DNA from: Candidatus Bathyarchaeum tardum
GTDB taxonomy: Archaea; Thermoproteota; Bathyarchaeia; Bathyarchaeales; Bathyarchaeaceae
Reading direction: 5' to 3'
Assembly: GCA_024650005.2 (NCBI GenBank)
Contig: CP122380.1
Location: 2,048,001 to 2,112,000, forward strand
Length of the DNA stretch: 64,000 nucleotides
The position numbers and the translations under genes are program-made. Every line of letters starts with the position of its first letter. The first letter of the stretch is position 1. The notes beneath the pieces are model-generated. The model did not search any database, was not told the DNA's origin, and saw only the letters and a list, made by a program, of their open reading frames with translations. Below, in pieces: positions 58,930 through 64,000 of this stretch.

Positions 58930-60117
58930 CTACCAAAAATCAGATATTGTATGGTTTAAATCAACGGACCTAGACGTTAATTCTTTCAACATGTTCCCTG
59001 CATTCTCATCTTTGAACATACTTTTTTGATTTAGCAAAGTTTCGACATCATGATTTTGAAGGAAATATTCTGTTTGAGCAGAAAATTCTGCATTTAGTTT
59101 TGCAGCATTGATTGGTACATATCTATTCTTTGGAAACAAAGCGGAATCGGTAGTTTTTACGTAATAATATGTTTCCCTATCAAAGATCCGAGCTTTATGG
59201 CTGGGGTCTACATCTGTAGATTTTCGAATTGAAATTTCTTCAGCCCTACTACCAGATGAAGATTTTGGAATAAAATACCGTTGAGGTTCTCGGTTTACAC
59301 CAATCAAATTAGCACCAGCAATAGCAGATAATGCATCTGATGCGATACTTGTGTCATCATGAGAGTTGGATAATTTTTCACGTCTAATATTTGTAAAGTA
59401 ACTAATCACTTTATCAAAAGTTTCATCTTTTTTGATAATGTTGAATATGTGTCGTAATCGTCCTAAACTTGTTTCATTGATTGGTTGGCTTTCAAAATCA
59501 AACCAATAATAATAGTACTCTTTTTTCAAATAATGTTGCATAAGTTCGTTGAGCTTTCTGATTCCCATCCTCATAGATATTGGAACAAAAATGGGTTTAC
59601 AATTTTTATTATTTAAAATCTCAAAAACTGAATCGACAAACCGTAAATATGAATCTAAATTTATTATGTCTTGGGTTTTGTTATCAAATGTTTTTTTGAG
59701 TTTGATATTTGGTACTGTTAAAATTAGTTTTGAATAGGGATAATATTGGTCAAAAAACCAACTTAAGTGATCGATGTTGTTTACATAATTAAATGGATTA
59801 AATTCAAAGGTAAAATTAACCACATTGGGAACGCCAGAGAGCCAATCCCTTTTGTAAAAAAATTGATTAATTTTTTGACTGTCATCTTCGTCATATAATT
59901 TCATCAAATTATCATATTTTTTTATTACTTTAGTGGCTTCATAAAACTTGAACGCTTCTTTCAAAGTGGAATAGGTATCTTTGTTTAGATTTTTTACATC
60001 CATACTTTTTTCAGGTTTTTGAAAATTGTTACCTCCAATTTTAAATCTCTTAATGTTAAACCAAGACTTTTTATCTTCTATAGTTTCGGTAACGTTAATA
60101 TCAGAAACCATGTTCAT
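58930..60117 (-). CDS. Uncharacterised 395-aa protein (possibly a TGT-like TIM barrel)
   Basis: Long ORF with ATGA overlap to the PIN gene; alternating beta/alpha pattern; fold is an inference. Confidence 0.7.
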   Translation of the reverse strand: MNMVSDINVTETIEDKKSWFNIKRFKIGGNNFQKPEKSMDVKNLNKDTYSTLKEAFKFYEATKVIKKYDNLMKLYDEDDSQKINQFFYKRDWLSGVPNVVNFTFEFNPFNYVNNIDHLSWFFDQYYPYSKLILTVPNIKLKKTFDNKTQDIINLDSYLRFVDSVFEILNNKNCKPIFVPISMRMGIRKLNELMQHYLKKEYYYYWFDFESQPINETSLGRLRHIFNIIKKDETFDKVISYFTNIRREKLSNSHDDTSIASDALSAIAGANLIGVNREPQRYFIPKSSSGSRAEEISIRKSTDVDPSHKARIFDRETYYYVKTTDSALFPKNRYVPINAAKLNAEFSAQTEYFLQNHDVETLLNQKSMFKDENAGNMLKELTSRSVDLNHTISDFW

Positions 60118-60662
60118 CTGCTCTTTATTTTAGACAAAACTGCACTTATAATTTCTGGTGATACTCGAAACTTCGATTCACTAATCAACATCAAAATTAA
60201 TGAAGCTTCGGTTTTTTTTAGAATATCATATTCATAGCAACATTTTCCAACAAAACCAACTGTGCCAATCATTAAAGTCACTAAATAAGGCAAATTTCGT
60301 TTCACGAAAAGTCGTGGACCTTTATCATCAATAATGAAGGGTTTAGGAATCCCATCAATGTAAAAATCATAGGCAAGTTCTATTATCTCTGTTTCTCCTT
60401 TTTCAATTTCTTTTTTACTGAAAAATGGTCTTAAAATTTCACCCAAATTCTTTTTTGGAAACTTGATGAGATTAGGGCTTGACTTAATATGAACAAAATT
60501 ATTAGACTTGGATACTTCACCAAATACTATAGGCGTTATAATAAAATCAAAACTGCCAAGTATCTTTAACAAAACTTTTGGTTTTTCAATGTCTTCTAAA
60601 AAACATAGATAAAAACTGCTATCAGCTAGAAACTGATTTGGGTCATTCTGTACCAAATTCAA
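60114..60662 (-). CDS. PIN-domain ribonuclease (DUF3368-like)
   Basis: ADSSF, TP.V..E, GE.E.I.LA, IIDD, GTVG. Confidence 0.8.
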   Translation of the reverse strand: MNLVQNDPNQFLADSSFYLCFLEDIEKPKVLLKILGSFDFIITPIVFGEVSKSNNFVHIKSSPNLIKFPKKNLGEILRPFFSKKEIEKGETEIIELAYDFYIDGIPKPFIIDDKGPRLFVKRNLPYLVTLMIGTVGFVGKCCYEYDILKKTEASLILMLISESKFRVSPEIISAVLSKIKSR

Positions 60663-61185
60663 TCAATTCCTGATATCGGTCAGCAGTGATTAATCCTTTT
60701 TTTAGCAAGTTTCCAGCTAGCTGCTTTCTTTTATCATTGTCTTTAACTAGTCGATCATATGCACTGGAAAATTCAATAAAATCAGGGTATGTTATGTACA
60801 TTAAAAATAATAGTTCTTGCTTTGTTAATTTTTCATAAATATCTCTGATGAGTTTTAATGATTGAAGAAATTGCTGAAATTTTTCATCCTTAGAATACTT
60901 GGTTTTAATCGCGTGAAATGCTTGTTTACCTTCTTCAGTAAGGTAGATTTCTCCATTCGCCTTTATTTCAAAAGCATTTTCATAATACATTGGGTCTCTA
61001 ACAGAATCTTGTAACACTTGAGAGTATGGCCCTTCATAATGCTTGACAAAATGGAATAACTCCTGTGCTTTTGGGTTCATTTTTGTAAAAATAAAGAACT
61101 CTTTTTGTAAATGCCATCTAGTGGGGACTGATTTATCAGATATCCCAAGTAAGGAAACGACAAACTCTTCCACTATTTTAAGCAT
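60643..61185 (-). CDS. YwgA/Panacea(DUF4065)-like winged-helix protein
   Basis: LQK..F and F.....GPYS motifs, Y.LT..G. Confidence 0.7.
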   Translation of the reverse strand: MLKIVEEFVVSLLGISDKSVPTRWHLQKEFFIFTKMNPKAQELFHFVKHYEGPYSQVLQDSVRDPMYYENAFEIKANGEIYLTEEGKQAFHAIKTKYSKDEKFQQFLQSLKLIRDIYEKLTKQELLFLMYITYPDFIEFSSAYDRLVKDNDKRKQLAGNLLKKGLITADRYQELIEFGTE

Positions 61186-61333
61186 TAATTTCAACCCAAC
61201 AATAAGTAACCCAGAGGACTTTATTGATGTTGCAGTTCATAGGTGCAATACTTCATTATAAGTCGCACATGGTATCTAAAGTTGCTTACCTGTAGTTTTT
61301 TCAACGTTTAATACTGATTTAAAGTTAACCAGC

Positions 61334-62008
61334 TTATTCGATTACTGTTCCGATGTGTCGCCCCTGAACTGCATATACAACGTAGCCAGGGTCGTGACCG
61401 TTTACTACGATAGTTTTGAGTTTGATTCTGCCTAGAATCTTTACTGCTTCGGGGTCAATGACCTGATTAATTCCGGGTTGGTGTTCTTTGGCTTCAAGCA
61501 GGTTTCCTAGTTCTTCAAAACTAATTTTGTCGAGGCGTTTTGCGTCAGGATACTTGTTGGGGTCTTTGGTGTAGATTGCACTCACGTTTGAACATTTTAC
61601 CAAGATATCTGCTTTTATGCGCTCGCCAACCAATGCTGCAACAGCATCGGTTGTGATTCCAGGATGCAAACCCCCCATTACAACAATTTTGCCTGTGTTT
61701 ACGCATTCTTCTGCTTCATCCAAGGTGGTAGGAACTTTTCCACAGCCGTCATCTGCTAACCCTAAGGTGAAGAGTTGAGCAAAAAGGCGGGAAACATGAA
61801 TTGCTGCCCAGTCTTGCTGGTCGTTTTCTAGGTGCACATATTTTGCTACTTTTATGAATTCTCGAGCTAATTTGCCGCCGCCTACAACTGCGACCACTTG
61901 GTGTCCTTGATTTTTGAAATCCCGTAATACAGTTAGGTAACAGTTTATCATAGAGGGATCAAGAGGGGAAACCACAACTGAGCCGCCAATTCGAACAATA
62001 ATTTTCAT
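61334..62008 (-). CDS. pyrH: UMP kinase
   Basis: IGGSV, VGGGKLAR, PGITTDAVA, Y.KDP, ID..A, GTVI. Confidence 0.93.
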   Translation of the reverse strand: MKIIVRIGGSVVVSPLDPSMINCYLTVLRDFKNQGHQVVAVVGGGKLAREFIKVAKYVHLENDQQDWAAIHVSRLFAQLFTLGLADDGCGKVPTTLDEAEECVNTGKIVVMGGLHPGITTDAVAALVGERIKADILVKCSNVSAIYTKDPNKYPDAKRLDKISFEELGNLLEAKEHQPGINQVIDPEAVKILGRIKLKTIVVNGHDPGYVVYAVQGRHIGTVIE

Positions 62009-62149
62009 TTAGTAAACCTCGTCCAATTACTGAATAACGTAACCGAGATATAATTTTCCCTAATTCCCATATTCAAATCCTTATAACTATATAACGCAAT
62101 AATGTAACGACAATAACAACGTAGTTCAAAATGACTTCTGGTGAAGGAT

Positions 62150-62998
62150 ATGGAAGGAGCAGAGCTGGTCTTTTTAGGAACAGGAGGCGGAAGGTTCGTA
62201 ACTATCACCCAAAAAAGGCGAACAGGAGGATTCCGGCTCCTAACACAAACAGAAAACATACACGTGGACCCCGGACCAGGAGCTCTTATCTACTCTTTAG
62301 AATCGGGATTAAACCCCCAAAAACTTAAAGCAGTATTAATTTCTCATCGGCACCCTGACCATTACGCCAACGCCGAGGTTCTAGTTGAATCCATGACCCG
62401 GGGAATGCTCAAAAAACGAGGAACTTTAGCGGCACCAACAAACATTCTAGCAGGAGACAGCCAAGCCGGACCGCCAATCTCATTGTATCATCAAAAGATG
62501 ATAAAACAAACAGTAAGCGTGAAACCAGGCGTCAACTTCAAGGTTGGAAACATAAAAATCGTTACTACACAAACTAAACACACAGACCCGGAAACAGTCG
62601 GGTTCAAGTTTGACATCCCAGAAGTCGGAACAATAGGATACACCGCAGACACAGAATATTTTGAAGAAATCAAAGAAGAATACAAAGGTGTTAAACTGCT
62701 CATTCTTTCAGTAATGCGCCCCAACGGAAGTCCATGGACTGGACACATGACCCCCAAAGAAGCCGCATTAATTGCTGAGGCAGTGAAACCAGAAATGGTT
62801 GTTGCAACTCATTTTGGCCTGAAAATGATTTACAGCGGACCTGCTTATGAAATAAAATACATCGAACAAAAAACTGGAGTTCCAGCAGTTGCAGCCTTTG
62901 ATGGAATGAAACTGAAAATAGGCAAAAAAATCACCATAGGAAAACTTAACAGACCCCAACAAAACATCGAAGATTTCCTGAAACGACAAACAAAATGA
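62150..62998 (+). CDS. Metallo-beta-lactamase fold hydrolase
   Basis: FLGTGGGR, DPGPG, SHRHPDH, GH, THFG. Confidence 0.92.
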   Translation: MEGAELVFLGTGGGRFVTITQKRRTGGFRLLTQTENIHVDPGPGALIYSLESGLNPQKLKAVLISHRHPDHYANAEVLVESMTRGMLKKRGTLAAPTNILAGDSQAGPPISLYHQKMIKQTVSVKPGVNFKVGNIKIVTTQTKHTDPETVGFKFDIPEVGTIGYTADTEYFEEIKEEYKGVKLLILSVMRPNGSPWTGHMTPKEAALIAEAVKPEMVVATHFGLKMIYSGPAYEIKYIEQKTGVPAVAAFDGMKLKIGKKITIGKLNRPQQNIEDFLKRQTK

Positions 62999-63003
62999 AG
63001 TAG

Positions 63004-64000
63004 TTAAGATTTACCGGACAGAATTATTGCGTACGGGTCATTTGATTTTGTTGGAAAAACTGTTTCTTTACCCTTTTTTACAAGAACTCGAGCCAAATCT
63101 TCAGTAAATTCACCCACAAACCGAGCAGAAATATTGTTCTGATTAAGAATAGCTTCAACTTCAGTTTTAGATACAGGACTAACAGCAACCAAAAAGGTAC
63201 CAGTAGATGACAGGGACAACATCTGCGTATCGGATAACTGATAAGCCGCCCTTAAGAGTTGCACCTCCTCAGGAAACACAAAACTTTCCCAGCAAACCCG
63301 AAAACCAACTTCGGAAGCCTCAGCCAGCTCATTCAAAGCAGAAGTCACCCCACCTTCAGTTGCATCATGCAACGCATGCACCCCATCTAACCCAGCAAGC
63401 AACAATGCCTCTTTGGCGCAACTCTGCAAAGAAATAAGACGAGCTAAATCTTCGGTTCTTTTAGTTCCAAACAAATTTTCAGCTACCATGCTATGAGTCA
63501 AAGCAAAATTTACAGCAGTTTCCAAACCCACTGGTTTTACACACAAAATAAGGTCCTTTGCTTTAGCCCCTGCAGGAGTCTTGAGTTTATCTTTGGTTAT
63601 ATGCCCGTAACCTGTACACACGCCAACAAGGGTTAACAAGCCTTCATAGGTTCCTGTGTGACCAGTAACTATGGTTATTCCCAATTCATCGGCGGCGTTG
63701 CAGGTTTGTTGCATTATTTTTTTGAAAACTTTAGGTTCTGTTAACGGTGGACCCAGCAAATTGATTGTACAAAACTCTGTTTTTGATCCAAACAAAGCGA
63801 TGTCTGAAGCTACGTAGTTAATTAGAAACCAGCCAAAAAAATTCTCTGGAACTCCAATGCAAGGGTCTGTAGAAACAACAAGATACTTGCCGTTGTCTAG
63901 CTGGTGAACTCCGGCGTCAAAACCAAATTGAGGCTTAACAAGAACTCTAGAATCTGGTTTTATGCATCCCAGCAACTGTTTGAGCTCTTTGATTGGAAGC
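63004..64000 (-). CDS. AIR synthase-related (PurM/HypE-like) protein, 5' end outside the window
   Basis: STDP, SDIA, TGHT, HDATEGG, SSTG; frame stays open to the window edge. Confidence 0.88.
   Translation of the reverse strand, partial: LPIKELKQLLGCIKPDSRVLVKPQFGFDAGVHQLDNGKYLVVSTDPCIGVPENFFGWFLINYVASDIALFGSKTEFCTINLLGPPLTEPKVFKKIMQQTCNAADELGITIVTGHTGTYEGLLTLVGVCTGYGHITKDKLKTPAGAKAKDLILCVKPVGLETAVNFALTHSMVAENLFGTKRTEDLARLISLQSCAKEALLLAGLDGVHALHDATEGGVTSALNELAEASEVGFRVCWESFVFPEEVQLLRAAYQLSDTQMLSLSSTGTFLVAVSPVSKTEVEAILNQNNISARFVGEFTEDLARVLVKKGKETVFPTKSNDPYAIILSGKS

Overview
Archaeal chromosome segment, most consistent with Bathyarchaeia (TACK) from gene content and style (inference: Top6A/B-KH-Rio1, aIF-2beta, two PurP paralogues, AOR, LonB, intron-containing tRNAs, expanded Lrp/AsnC and PEF-CTERM beta-helix genes). 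Mostly housekeeping genes plus four tRNAs: Ile2-CAT, Tyr-GTA with two introns, Ala-CGC and Leu-CAA with one intron each. The main accessory region (about 28.9-40.1 kb) holds a 1009-aa His-rich tail-fibre-like protein, a GT2 glycosyltransferase, two paralogous wHTH proteins and a holin-like ORF, but no capsid, terminase or integrase. Three promoters there share a conserved 26-30 bp element. A tandem array of three divergent PEF-CTERM beta-helix surface proteins sits inside this region. Two of them share a perfect 141-bp repeat and a paired operator that recurs about 23 kb away. Other highlights: a YwgA/Panacea-like + PIN + uncharacterised 395-aa three-gene cassette beside tRNA-Leu, a DprA gene followed by a truncated partner, a probable unannotated 83-nt hairpin sRNA with a C-rich loop, and a Top6B with a duplicated H2TH-like domain. 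No CRISPR array, rRNA, transposase or integrase was seen. All calls come from reading the sequence by eye; no database searches were run.
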